From Dehalococcoidia bacterium (GTDB lineage Bacteria > Chloroflexota > Dehalococcoidia > Bin125), in the NCBI GenBank assembly GCA_963663235.2, contig CAXXNO010000004.1:800001-864000 (forward strand): a stretch of 64,000 bases of DNA. Direction: 5' to 3'. A model generated the notes under the pieces. It saw nothing but the letters and a program-made list of their open reading frames with translations. It searched no databases and was not told the origin of the DNA. Positions 1 through 9,270 of the stretch are shown here, piece after piece; position 1 is the stretch's first letter; every line of letters starts with the position of its first letter. A program made the translations under genes and the position numbers.

Positions 1-1035
1 TTCGAAAGCGGCGCCCAGCGCATCCTTCTGCGATTTCGCCGTGACCTTGACCGTGAGGTCGCCATCGGCGATCTGCTTGGCGGCGTCGGCCATTTCGCGC
101 AGGTAGGCGCTCATGCCCACGAACGACTTGCCGAGCACATCCTGCTCCGACTTGGGATCGACTTCCGCGGAGACATCGCCCAGGGCGATCGATTCCGCGG
201 CATCCGCCATGGTCTTCAGGTAGGCGATCATGTCGGTGAATGCAGCGGCCATCTCGCCGATCTCGTCTTTGCTCCGGACATCGACATCCTGGCTCAGGTC
301 TCCGACGGCGATCCCCTTGGCCGCACCAAGCATGGTGCGCACCCCGCCGGTGATGCCACGGGCGATCCAAAACGCGATCCCTGCACCGATAACCAGCGCA
401 ACGATCAGGAGCGCGACGAGGATTGTGGTCGCGGAGCTGGCCGTGCTTCTCGCGGATTCGTGCGCTGTTTGCGCCTCCGCCGCGCGAACGTCCAACAAGC
501 CCAATTCCTCGTCGACGGCCTCGGCGAACACGGCGCGCATCCCGTCGAAGTGGCGTTTGCCCTCGCCCGAGGTCTCGAACGCGATGACGTCGTCGGTTGT
601 CGCTATGCCATCATTGACCTCGCGACGGAGGGAGATGCCCGGCTCGGTGACCTCGGTCTGCCACGCCTCGGCTCGCGCCACAAGGTCGATCCAGCGGCGG
701 ACCTGACCCGGGTTGTCGCTTGTCAGCTCTTGCAGTTCTGCAAGAGTTTCCACGTGCGCCTCGACACCTGACTTGTACGGATCGAGGAACTCCTCCTCGC
801 CCGTGACGAGGAAACCGCGGTATCCGGTCTCCATGTCGACGAGGGCAGCGAGGGCATGGTCTGCGGCTTCGATCACCTCGTGGGTATGGTTCACAGACTG
901 TGCGTTCGTGAACAGATCCTCAGCGGAATTGCCCACGCTCCGCACCTGCGTGATTGCGACGATGCCGCTGACCACCATCAACGCGAGGAAAACGCCAAAA
1001 CCCGCGTACAGCTTGGGTCCTATTTTGAGCTTCAT
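1..1035 (-). CDS. Methyl-accepting chemotaxis-type sensor with CHASE3 and multiple HAMP domains (3' end runs off the window)
   Basis: Manual translation from ATG at 1035 gives MKLKIGPKLYAGFGVFLALMVVSG (TM1), the CHASE3 motif HTHEVI...LVDMETGYRGFLVTGEEEFLDPY, a second TM, then repeated HAMP units (YLREMADAAKQIADGDLTVKVTAKSQKDALG). AAAGGA RBS upstream. Not in the ORF track because it is truncated; the signalling domain is not visible. Confidence 0.85.
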   Translation of the reverse strand, partial: MKLKIGPKLYAGFGVFLALMVVSGIVAITQVRSVGNSAEDLFTNAQSVNHTHEVIEAADHALAALVDMETGYRGFLVTGEEEFLDPYKSGVEAHVETLAELQELTSDNPGQVRRWIDLVARAEAWQTEVTEPGISLRREVNDGIATTDDVIAFETSGEGKRHFDGMRAVFAEAVDEELGLLDVRAAEAQTAHESARSTASSATTILVALLIVALVIGAGIAFWIARGITGGVRTMLGAAKGIAVGDLSQDVDVRSKDEIGEMAAAFTDMIAYLKTMADAAESIALGDVSAEVDPKSEQDVLGKSFVGMSAYLREMADAAKQIADGDLTVKVTAKSQKDALGAAFE

Positions 1036-1369
1036 CCCGAGAATCCTTTTCCTTTCACGTGCCCGTTTCCTTCCTCTGGCGCCTCGTTCGAGACAGCCCG
1101 ATCGCGCATCACGATCCTGGCGTGGCTCAAGGCATCGCTAGAGCTCCTGGCCGGATCATGGTGGTCGCCTGTCAACGCGACCATCGGAGCGAATCATCTA
1201 GACCTTAGGGAGGGGCCTATCGGAACGGAACGAGCAAGCTTCGTAGGTCGCGAAGGGAATTCCCTTATTCGCGTGCGGGAAAGGCCCGATGGGCTTCGGC
1301 CGCGCCGTGAGGTGCGCGCGGGTCGCCGGGTGCGGGTCGAACGGCGGCCGGAGGGGGGCGTGTATCATC

Positions 1370-1449
1370 GCGCGGAGGCGCGGAGGCGCGGAGGCGCGGA
1401 GGCGCGGAGGCGCGGAAGCGCGGAGGCGCGGAGGCGCGGAGGCGCGGAA
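1370..1449 (+). repeat. Tandem repeat, 10 x 8 bp GCGCGGA(G/A)
   Basis: Read directly. Begins 1 nt after TATCAT (1363-1368) and ends about 40 nt before ATG 1488. Confidence 0.95.
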
Positions 1450-1487
1450 GGCGCAAAGGCGCGGAGAGGCCGAGGAGGAAGCGGAGC

Positions 1488-3095
1488 ATGGTCACCACCG
1501 CACGGCGGAGCATTTGGGCGTGGGGGCTGGAGAGCGACGAGCCGACCGAAGGACAGCGGCGGGAAGAGGCGAAGCGGCTGGCGCAGCAGTTCAGCGTGCA
1601 GTTGGAGCCGCCACCAATTCCGCGCGCGGAGGAGCTGGATCTGCGAGCGCCCCGGATCGTCCCGCCGGACGCGCTCGCTCCCTTCTGCTTCAGCGACACG
1701 TACGAGCGGGCCGCGCACGCCTACGGCCGCTCGTACCCGGACAAGTTGCGGGCGTTGCGGCGGGAGTTCCCGAACCCGCCCGACATTGTGGCCCGCCCCC
1801 GGAACGAAGAGGAGGTGGAGGCCGTCCTGGGGTGGTGCTCCAGCAAGGGGTACGCCGCGATCCCCTACGGCGGCGGCTCATCGGTGGTGGACGGCGTCAA
1901 TCCGCCCGAGGGCTACGACGGGACCGTCACCATCGATCTGAGCGCGCTGGACTGCGTGCTGGAGATCGACGAGACATCGCGGGCGGCGCGGATCCAAGCG
2001 GGCGTGCTGGGCCCGGCGCTGGAAGCGCAGTTGAAACCGAGCGGTTACACATTGCGGCACTTCCCGCAGTCGTTCGAGTTCTCCAGCCTGGGTGGGTGGA
2101 TCGCGACGCGATCGGGCGGGCACTACGCGACGAACCACACACACATCGACGACTTCGTGGAGTCGATCCGCATGATCACGCCGAGCGGCTGGTGGGAGTC
2201 GCGGCGGCTGCCGGGGTCCGGCGCGGGGCCGAGCCCGGACCGGCTGGTTATCGGGAGCGAAGGGATCCTGGGCATCATCACGGAGGCCTGGATGCGCATC
2301 CAGGCACGGCCGCGCTACCGAGCATCCGCCGGCGTGCGTTTCCCGACCTGGGAGGCCGGCTACGAGGGCACGCGCCAAGTGGTCCAAGCGAAGCTGTGGC
2401 CGGCGAACCTGCGGCTGCTGGACCCCTCGGAGGCGGAGAAGGGGGCGGGGCTGGACGGCACGCAGGCGCTGTTGATCATCGGTTTTGAATCGGCGGAAGT
2501 GCCGCAGGGGGCGTTCGTGGGCGAGGCGGTGCGGATTGCGCGGGAGGCCGGGGGGCAGGTTGCCGAGGAGGAGATCTTGATCTCGGATGGGAGCGGCGAT
2601 CCCACGGGTCGAGGAGGCAAGGTGGGGGCGTGGCGAGACACGTTCATCCGCGCGCCGTACGACAAGAACGTCTCCGTGGGGCTGGGGTTGATCGCCGACA
2701 CGTTCGAGACATCGATCACGTGGGATCGTTTTCCGGAACTCGACGCCCAGGTGCGCGAGGCCATGCGCACCGTGCTGCAGGAGGTCTGCGGGGGCGGGAC
2801 CATCGCCTGCCGGTTCACGCACGTCTACCCGGACGGACCGGCACCGTATTACACGTACGTGGGATTCGGAAAGCAAGGGGCCGAGCTGGAGCAGTGGAGC
2901 GCGATCAAGCAAGCGGGGTCCGACGCCGTGATCAAGGCCGGGGGGACGATCACGCACCATCACGCCGTGGGGCGCCAGCATCGACCGTGGTACGACGAGC
3001 AGCGACCGGATCTGTTTGCCGAGGCGCTTCGCGGCGCCAAGCGAGCGCTGGACCCGAACGGCGTGCTCAACCCCGGCGTGCTGCTGGATCCCTGA
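1488..3095 (+). CDS. FAD-binding oxidoreductase, alkyl-DHAP synthase/GlcD (VAO) family
   Basis: PYGGGSSV, HFPQSFEFSSLGGWIATRSGG, GSEGILGIITE and C-terminal THHHAVG...LDPNGVLNPG motifs; GAGGAGG RBS. Confidence 0.9.
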   Translation: MVTTARRSIWAWGLESDEPTEGQRREEAKRLAQQFSVQLEPPPIPRAEELDLRAPRIVPPDALAPFCFSDTYERAAHAYGRSYPDKLRALRREFPNPPDIVARPRNEEEVEAVLGWCSSKGYAAIPYGGGSSVVDGVNPPEGYDGTVTIDLSALDCVLEIDETSRAARIQAGVLGPALEAQLKPSGYTLRHFPQSFEFSSLGGWIATRSGGHYATNHTHIDDFVESIRMITPSGWWESRRLPGSGAGPSPDRLVIGSEGILGIITEAWMRIQARPRYRASAGVRFPTWEAGYEGTRQVVQAKLWPANLRLLDPSEAEKGAGLDGTQALLIIGFESAEVPQGAFVGEAVRIAREAGGQVAEEEILISDGSGDPTGRGGKVGAWRDTFIRAPYDKNVSVGLGLIADTFETSITWDRFPELDAQVREAMRTVLQEVCGGGTIACRFTHVYPDGPAPYYTYVGFGKQGAELEQWSAIKQAGSDAVIKAGGTITHHHAVGRQHRPWYDEQRPDLFAEALRGAKRALDPNGVLNPGVLLDP

Positions 3096-3269
3096 TGGGG
3101 GACGGCGCGCGGACGCAGACCACTAGGAGTGGGGCCTGGAGCGGAGGGTAAAGGGGCTTCTAGGCCGACACGCGGCAGGATGCTACCGTGTGGGCGGAAA
3201 CGAAGACGCTACGGATCAACGTCGCAGCGCGGCGCACCGCCGCGGCGGCGCGGAACTGACACCACCACC

Positions 3270-4837
3270 TTGGGCTTGCTCGACCGCATTACACGCAGAT
3301 CGCCTCAGCCCGCTACCGAGGAGCGCCGTCCCGTGGGCCGGGACGAGGCCGAGCGACCGCCTTCCGCGAGCGCGACAGCGGAGGGTCGCGCGGCTCAGAC
3401 TGCCGAGCAGGCAAAGCCGCGGCGCCGACGCCGACGGCGCGGTCGAGGGTCCGGCGGCAAGGCGGGGCCACCAGGCGCAGCGGCGGCGGGGTCAGGGCAG
3501 AGCCGTCGAGGGCAGCGGAGCCATCGAGGGCGGCGGAGCCATCGAGGGCGGCGGATCCGTCGAGGGCAGCGGAGCCGTCGAGGGCAGCGGAGCCGTCGAG
3601 GGCAGCGGAGCCGTCGAGGGCGGCGGATACGTCGAGGGCAGCGCGTCAGGCACTGGTGTCCGGGGGCTACCGGCTTCCGGACATCGCCACGCTGGAACGG
3701 ATTGACCCCGCCACCTACGCGGCGGGGTTCCGCAACCTCGGGCTGAGCGACCGGGCCCTGGCCACCGTGACCGGCTTGGGGTTCGACGAGCCGACGCCGA
3801 TTCAAGAGCAGAGCATCCCCGCCCTGATAGAAGGCCGCGACGTGGTGGGGCAAGCTCAGACCGGCACCGGGAAGACGCTGGCGTTCGGGCTGGCGATTAT
3901 CGAAAGACTGGACAGCGCGCTCCCCGAGGTGCAGGCCATCGTCCTGGTGCCCACGCGAGAACTGGCGCAGCAAGTGCACAGCGTGCTGGCGTTCCTGGCC
4001 GAGTCGTTCGGGCTTCAGGCGACGGCGCTGATGGGTGGCCGCCGGATGGATAAGGACTTCCAGAATCTCGAGGCCGGGCCGCAGATCGTGGTGGGGACGC
4101 CGGGCCGCGTCATCGACCATCTGGGGCGCGGGACGCTCAGCCTGCGCCGTGTCCGGCTGGCCGTGCTGGATGAGGCCGACCGCATGTTGGACATCGGCTT
4201 TGAGCCCGACATCAGCCGGATCATGAGTCGCTGCCCGAAGGATCGACAGTCGGCGCTCTACTCCGCCACGATTCCCACGTCGATCAAGACACTGATCTGG
4301 AAGTACATGCGGGACCCCGTCTACATCACCATCGCGCCGGAGCAGGCCACCGTCCCGGAGATCCGGCAGCGGTACTACGAAGTGGCCGAGCGCGACAAGC
4401 TCAAGGCTCTGATGGAGCTGCTGCCGGAGATGACGGGCCGGACGCTGATTTTTTGCAACATGAAGGTCACCGTGGACCGGCTGGTGAGTCGGTTGCGCGA
4501 CCGGAGCATCGCCGCCGACGCGATCCACGGCGATCTGGACCAACGCAAACGCGACCGGGTCATGGAGCGCTTCCGAAGCGGGGAGCTGGAGATCCTGGTC
4601 GCCACCAACGTGGCCGCCCGCGGGCTGGACATCGAAGACGTCAAGCACGTCGTGAACTTCGATCTCCCCCAGAGCGCCGAGGACTACATCCACCGCATCG
4701 GGCGGACGGGCCGGGCCGGGCGGGAAGGCAGCGCCACCACCTTTGTGGCGGAATGGGACATGGACACGTTCGACGCGATCAAAAAGACCGCGGGGGATGA
4801 CCTCCGGCGTGGCGAGCTATCTCTCTATGTCACGTAG
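3270..4837 (+). CDS. DEAD-box RNA helicase. The core ORF is 3656-4837; a probable N-terminal extension from TTG 3270 is frameshifted near 3490-3499
   Basis: Q motif GFDEPTPIQ, AQTGTGKT, PTRELA, TPGR, DEAD, SAT, ARGLD and HRIGRTGRAG are all present. The extension is an inference (see findings). Confidence 0.9.
3500..3643 (+). repeat. Coding tandem repeat, 8 x 18 bp (GAGCCGTCGAGGGCAGCG; EPSRAA in the helicase frame)
   Basis: Read directly; unit variants are mostly synonymous or conservative in the helicase frame. Confidence 0.9.
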
Positions 4838-5054
4838 GAGTGGGGCGGAGCCGCGGGGCCGGTGTCTTGCGTGACGCGAAAGTCGGGTATTATGTGTCTC
4901 CGGCGTCCGCGGGGAGGCGGGCGCCGCCTCAGAACAGCTTCGAGGTCGTCTTGCCAGCACGTCCAGCGCGGAGTCTGAGGTAGAAAACGGGGCCGCGATC
5001 TCCCGGGATCGGGCCGTAGCAACGCCGGGGTCGTCCGGCTGGGAGTGTTGGACC

Positions 5055-5360
5055 GTGACTCAGAGGATCTACGTCGGGAACCTGCCATTCACATCAACCG
5101 AGGAAGACATACAGCAGCTCTTTGCCACCTACGGCGAGGTGATCTCGTGCTCGCTGCCCACCGATCGCGACACGGGCCGGCGCCGGGGCTTCGGCTTCGT
5201 CGAGATGTCGGACGACGACGCCACCAAAGCGATCGAGGCCCTGAACGGCCAAGACTTTGGGGGGCGGGAGCTGCGCGTGAACGAAGCGCGCCCGCGCGAG
5301 GGCGGGGGCGGGGGCGGGGGCGGAGGCGGGGGCGGGGGCCGGGAACGGTCGCGCTGGTAA
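5055..5360 (+). CDS. RRM (RNP-1) RNA-binding protein with glycine-rich tail
   Basis: RNP2 IYVGNL, RNP1 RGFGFVEM, LRVNEARPRE and a poly-Gly C-terminus; GTG start with GGGAG RBS. Confidence 0.95.
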   Translation: MTQRIYVGNLPFTSTEEDIQQLFATYGEVISCSLPTDRDTGRRRGFGFVEMSDDDATKAIEALNGQDFGGRELRVNEARPREGGGGGGGGGGGGGRERSRW

Positions 5361-5549
5361 GAGCGGCCTGAGGTCCTACGCGGGCCCGCTCCGTTTCAAC
5401 ACCGCGCTTCGCCGCCGCTGGCCGCGGCGCCCCGCGGGCCGGCGATCGCCGTGCGTCCCAGAAGGCATCGATGCCTCCCCGGGCTGGCACTGCCTGCCGC
5501 GATCCTGCTTGACGAGGCACCGCGGGCGTGGAAGGCTCGCTCTGCCAAT

Positions 5550-5645
5550 CAAATAGGGTAGGCGTCCGGCCGGGGAAGCCGGTGCAAATCCGGCGCTGTC
5601 GCGCAACGGTAACTCGCTTGAGAAGCCCGAATACCTACCCGGCGC
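5550..5645 (+). ncRNA. Cobalamin riboswitch (compact form)
   Basis: Core GGGAAGCCGGTGCAAATCCGGCGCTGTCGCGCAACGGTAA, B12-box-like AAGCCCGAATACC, closing stem GGGTAGG/CCTACCC. Lies upstream of a BtuF-like gene; TTGACG -35-like hexamer at 5509. Confidence 0.93.
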
Positions 5646-5788
5646 CTGCGCTAGCCAACCCACCTTCGCGTCAAGGGCCGGGGCGCCTGGTGAATCACCC
5701 GACCAACCGTCGCGCCGCGTGGCGGCCCGGTTGCGAAGGGCATGGCCGCACCGTCACCGCCTTGCTCGGGGGGTGACGGAGGCTCCCG

Positions 5789-6790
5789 GTGCGCGAACCC
5801 CTGTTGCCCCGCTTGCGTCCTCTGCCCTCGCTGCTATCGCTGGCGGTTCTGGCGACAGCGCTCGCGCTGGGGGCCTGCGGTGACGATGACGGTGAGGGCG
5901 CGCCGGCCGCCAGCGCCTATCCCCTGACCATCCGAGACGACACCGACACCACCGTCACGATCAGCGCGCAACCGCAGCGGATCGTCGCGGTGCTGCCATC
6001 GACGACGAACCTGCTCGTCGACCTGGACCTGGCGAGCCTGATCATCGGTACCGACAGCTTTTCCAAGGCTGCGCACGCCGAAGACGAAGGGGCTCCGCTG
6101 GCCGACGTCCAGAGCGTCGGAGGCAGCGGCTTCCGCTTTAACCTGGAACTGATCGCGCAGCTCGATCCGGATCTGGCGCTGGTGGGTCTGGGCGGGACAG
6201 AGGACTTTATCGATCAGCTGCGGACCCTGGGCATCACCGTGGTGGCGCTGCGCTTCCCGCAGAGCATCGAAGAGATGCTGGAGCAAATGCTGCTGATCGG
6301 CGAGATCGGCGATGCCACAGCAGAGGCCGAGGCGCTGGTGGCGGAGCTGCGCGGACGCATCGAGACCGCGCAAGGGCAAGGGCAAGAGCGGCGGGAGCTG
6401 TTGACCTACATAGAGATCGACCAATCGGAGCCGACGCGGCCGTGGACCGCGGGGCCGGCGTCGCTACACCAGGAGATCATCGAGGTCGCCGGAGGCGAGA
6501 ACGCGTTCGCCAACCTAGCCAGCGACTTCGCGCAGGTGAGCTGGAAAGAGGTCATCGCGGCGAACCCGGACGTGATCCTGCTCTTGAACTCCACGGAACA
6601 CGCCAGTGAGCTGGCGTTCAACCCCGTGTCGACGGAGAAGGTGGGGACGCGCACGGGCTGGGACCAGATCGCCGCCGTGCAGAACGGCCGCATCTTCGCG
6701 CTGGACCCGGATCTCTTTAGCACCGGGGTCCGGCTGATCGAGGCAGTGGAGCAGGTGGCCGCAGCGCTGGACGCCGCCCAGGCCGAGTGA
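5789..6790 (+). CDS. btuF: Cobalamin ABC transporter substrate-binding lipoprotein (BtuF-like)
   Basis: Lipobox LALGAC, PQRIVAVLPSTT, helical-backbone family features (ANPDVIL, AVQNGRIF); preceded by the cobalamin riboswitch. Confidence 0.82.
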   Translation: MREPLLPRLRPLPSLLSLAVLATALALGACGDDDGEGAPAASAYPLTIRDDTDTTVTISAQPQRIVAVLPSTTNLLVDLDLASLIIGTDSFSKAAHAEDEGAPLADVQSVGGSGFRFNLELIAQLDPDLALVGLGGTEDFIDQLRTLGITVVALRFPQSIEEMLEQMLLIGEIGDATAEAEALVAELRGRIETAQGQGQERRELLTYIEIDQSEPTRPWTAGPASLHQEIIEVAGGENAFANLASDFAQVSWKEVIAANPDVILLLNSTEHASELAFNPVSTEKVGTRTGWDQIAAVQNGRIFALDPDLFSTGVRLIEAVEQVAAALDAAQAE

Positions 6791-6941
6791 GACGAGCGCG
6801 GGCACCCGGCGATCCGGCGTCGAGCGGCGCCGTCCCTGAGCCTGCGCGGCGGCAGCACCGCGCCAACGGCCGCTACACCTATTGAGTCCCGCATCGCGTC
6901 CCGTCCTACACTGACGTTCGCGGCTCAACAGAGGAGGGCGC

Positions 6942-7124
6942 ATGGCGTCACCGACAGATCGGATCCTATTGGCGATGCGGATCAAGCGGCATGACCCCGT
7001 GTGCGGGATGAACATCCGCCCGGCGCAGGCCGCCGGCACGTCCGAGTACCGAGGCCGGACCATCTACTTCTGCGCCGACGCGTGCAAGCAAGAGTTCGAC
7101 GCGCACCCCGAGCGATACGGCTAG
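6942..7124 (+). CDS. YHS domain protein
   Basis: DPVCGM...YRGRTIYFCADACKQEFDAHPERY; GAGGAGG RBS. Confidence 0.9.
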   Translation: MASPTDRILLAMRIKRHDPVCGMNIRPAQAAGTSEYRGRTIYFCADACKQEFDAHPERYG

Positions 7125-8269
7125 GGCTGCGCGGGGGGCTGCGCGGGGGGCTGCGCGGGCTCGAGCGCCGCGAGCACCGCGGCGAGATCATCGGGCGTGT
7201 CCTCAACCGCGCGGACGACGCCTTGGGCGTCGATGACGACGATGCGCAGCTCCAGGCGGACGGCAAAGAGAGCCGCCACGTCGTCGCGCCACTGCAGGTG
7301 CGTCGCGGGCGGGATGGTTGCGCGGGCGTCGTCGTCGAGCACCAAGACCGGCGTGTAGCCGGCCTGCTGCGCCGGCTCCGCCGTGGCGACGGCCGCAGCG
7401 CCGCAGGAACGGCAGGCCGGGGGTGCGAAGGCGATCACCAGGGGTGCGCCGCGGTTGCCGGAGAGACGCCACGTCGCCCCGGCCCGGTCCGCCCGTTCGA
7501 GGAGGAAGTCCGGCGCGGGCTGTCCGACCCGGCCGGCCGGGGCGCGGCCTTCATGATCGAGGGACGTGGGTAGCGCCTTGGGGCCCGGCAGCGGGGCGGG
7601 GCCCAGGGGCTGCGCGAGGGACGCCACCAAGGCCGCCACCTCCTGTTCGAACTCCTGGTCCGGGGCCTGGCCGACGAAGACGGACGCGATCACGCCATCG
7701 GGACGGACGAAGATGGAGTTGGGCGGGCCGATCTGGAGGTAGCGGCGGGTGACGGAGCCGCCGAAGTCCATGGGCACGGGATAGTTGATGCCGAACTCGT
7801 CGACGAAGTTCTGCGCCGGCCCACGCGCTTCCTCGATGTTGACGCCGATGATGACGAGTCCGGCCTGCCGGTGCTGCTCTTGCAGGCGGACCAGCACCGG
7901 CACCTCGCGCCGGCAGGGGCCGCACCAAGACGCCCAAAAGTTGATCAGCAGGGGATGGCCGCGCCAGTCGGAGAGGCGGAAGCGCTCGCCGTCGATGGTT
8001 TCGAGCTCAAAGTCAGGAGCGAGAGCGCCGAACTCCACGGCCACCCGCTGATCGTCCGGGTTCAGGTAGGCGGGAAAGTCGGCGAGGCCGAAGGAGCCGA
8101 CGAGGGTCGGGCCGCCACCGCTCAGCCCGAGCCAGAGGGCGGCCGCGGCGGCGCCCACCACGAGCAGCCCGACCACGAGCGTGCGCCGCCCGTGGTACTC
8201 CCGTGGTCGATTTGGGTTCTCGTCCGGGAAGGTCGCGTCGCCGGCGTCGCGCCGCTTGCGCTTCGCCAC
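7121..8269 (-). CDS. Membrane-anchored TlpA/ResA-like thiol-disulfide oxidoreductase with a second redoxin-like domain
   Basis: N-terminal TM; APDFEL...INFWASWCGPC; second domain APDFLL...CRSC. Confidence 0.85.
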   Translation of the reverse strand: MAKRKRRDAGDATFPDENPNRPREYHGRRTLVVGLLVVGAAAAALWLGLSGGGPTLVGSFGLADFPAYLNPDDQRVAVEFGALAPDFELETIDGERFRLSDWRGHPLLINFWASWCGPCRREVPVLVRLQEQHRQAGLVIIGVNIEEARGPAQNFVDEFGINYPVPMDFGGSVTRRYLQIGPPNSIFVRPDGVIASVFVGQAPDQEFEQEVAALVASLAQPLGPAPLPGPKALPTSLDHEGRAPAGRVGQPAPDFLLERADRAGATWRLSGNRGAPLVIAFAPPACRSCGAAAVATAEPAQQAGYTPVLVLDDDARATIPPATHLQWRDDVAALFAVRLELRIVVIDAQGVVRAVEDTPDDLAAVLAALEPAQPPAQPPAQP

Positions 8270-8429
8270 AGCCCATCCTCCCCTCGCCCGCGATCGCCCG
8301 GCCAGAGCGTATCGCTACCGGTCCATACGAACGACGAGCGCCGACGGATGCGGCTTGACCTTCGTGCTAGCCTACGCGTCTGCCGCGCCGCGGGCGCGCA
8401 TTGGGGAGGAACGGGGGGCAGCCGCACTC

Positions 8430-8936
8430 ATGGACGAAGCACGCGTGCGCGAGTTGCTCGACAAGCATGAGATCGCGGAGGTGCTGGCCCGCTACGCGCG
8501 GGGCGTGGACCGGATGGACCGAGAGCTGGCCGGATCCTGCTTCCAGCCCGATGCGTTCGTGGACCATGGAGACGCCAAGGGGTCCGTGGACGAGCACCTG
8601 GACTGGGTGTTCCAGTTCCTGGCGCCGACGACGGTGTCCATGCACCGGATCGGCAACCTCTTGATCGACGTGCAAGGCGACAGCGCCTACACGGAGGCCT
8701 ACTGCGTGCCCTACCTGCGCCGCGAGACGGACCAAGGCGTGGAGGATGAGTACTTTGTGATGCGCTTCATCGACCGGCTGGAGCGTCGCGACGAGGGGGC
8801 GTGGCTGATCGCGCATCGCGTGGTGGCCTTCGACTGGAGCCGGATCGAGCCGGTGGAGCGGCAGCGGGAGTTCACCGCCGACTTCATCCGGGGGCAGCGC
8901 GACAGAGCGGACCCCGTGTACGAACGGCTGCGCTGA
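8430..8936 (+). CDS. SnoaL-like / NTF2-family protein
   Basis: LLDKHEIAEVLARYARGVDRMD...HRIGN...DRLERRD..W.IAHR pattern; start placed at ATG 8430. Confidence 0.85.
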   Translation: MDEARVRELLDKHEIAEVLARYARGVDRMDRELAGSCFQPDAFVDHGDAKGSVDEHLDWVFQFLAPTTVSMHRIGNLLIDVQGDSAYTEAYCVPYLRRETDQGVEDEYFVMRFIDRLERRDEGAWLIAHRVVAFDWSRIEPVERQREFTADFIRGQRDRADPVYERLR

Positions 8937-8990
8937 CCGCCGACGGGCGGGCGCGCATTGAGCCCCCGTCCGATTGGTGTACGCTGCGGC

Positions 8991-9220
8991 GCAGCAGGGC
9001 GCAGCAGGGCGCAGCAGGGCGCAGCAGGGCGCAGCAGGGCGCAGCAGGGCGCAGCAGGGCGCAGCAGGGCGCAGCAGGGCGCAGCAGGGCGCAGCAGGGC
9101 GCAGCAGGGCGCAGCAGGGCGCAGCAGGGCGCAGCAGGGCGCAGCAGGGCGCAGCAGGGCGCAGCAGGGCGCAGCAGGGCGCAGCAGGGCGCAGCAGGGC
9201 GCAGCAGGGCGCAGCAGGGC
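8991..9220 (+). repeat. Perfect tandem repeat, 23 x 10 bp GCAGCAGGGC
   Basis: Read directly. Lies between TTGAGC-N16-TACGCT (8958-8985) and ATG 9271. Confidence 0.97.
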
Positions 9221-9270
9221 GCAGCGGCGCGCCGGCAGCGGAGCGCGTCGGCCGGGAAAGGACCGCGAGG

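Noticed and set aside
5299-5342. G-rich run as a regulatory G-quadruplex
   Set aside because: Fully explained by poly-Gly codons of the RRM tail.
6882-6912. TTGAGT-N19-TACACT as a MerR/CueR-type promoter for the YHS gene
   Set aside because: The 19-bp spacer is suggestive, but it contains no dyad and no MerR gene is in the window.
8991-9220. Possible CRISPR array
   Set aside because: Contiguous 10-bp units with no spacers and no cas genes; it is a minisatellite.
8974-9270. AGRSRAQQGA repeat as a true N-terminal domain of hydantoinase B
   Set aside because: No synonymous variation, a unit length not divisible by 3, no such extension in the paralog, and ATG 9271 has an RBS.
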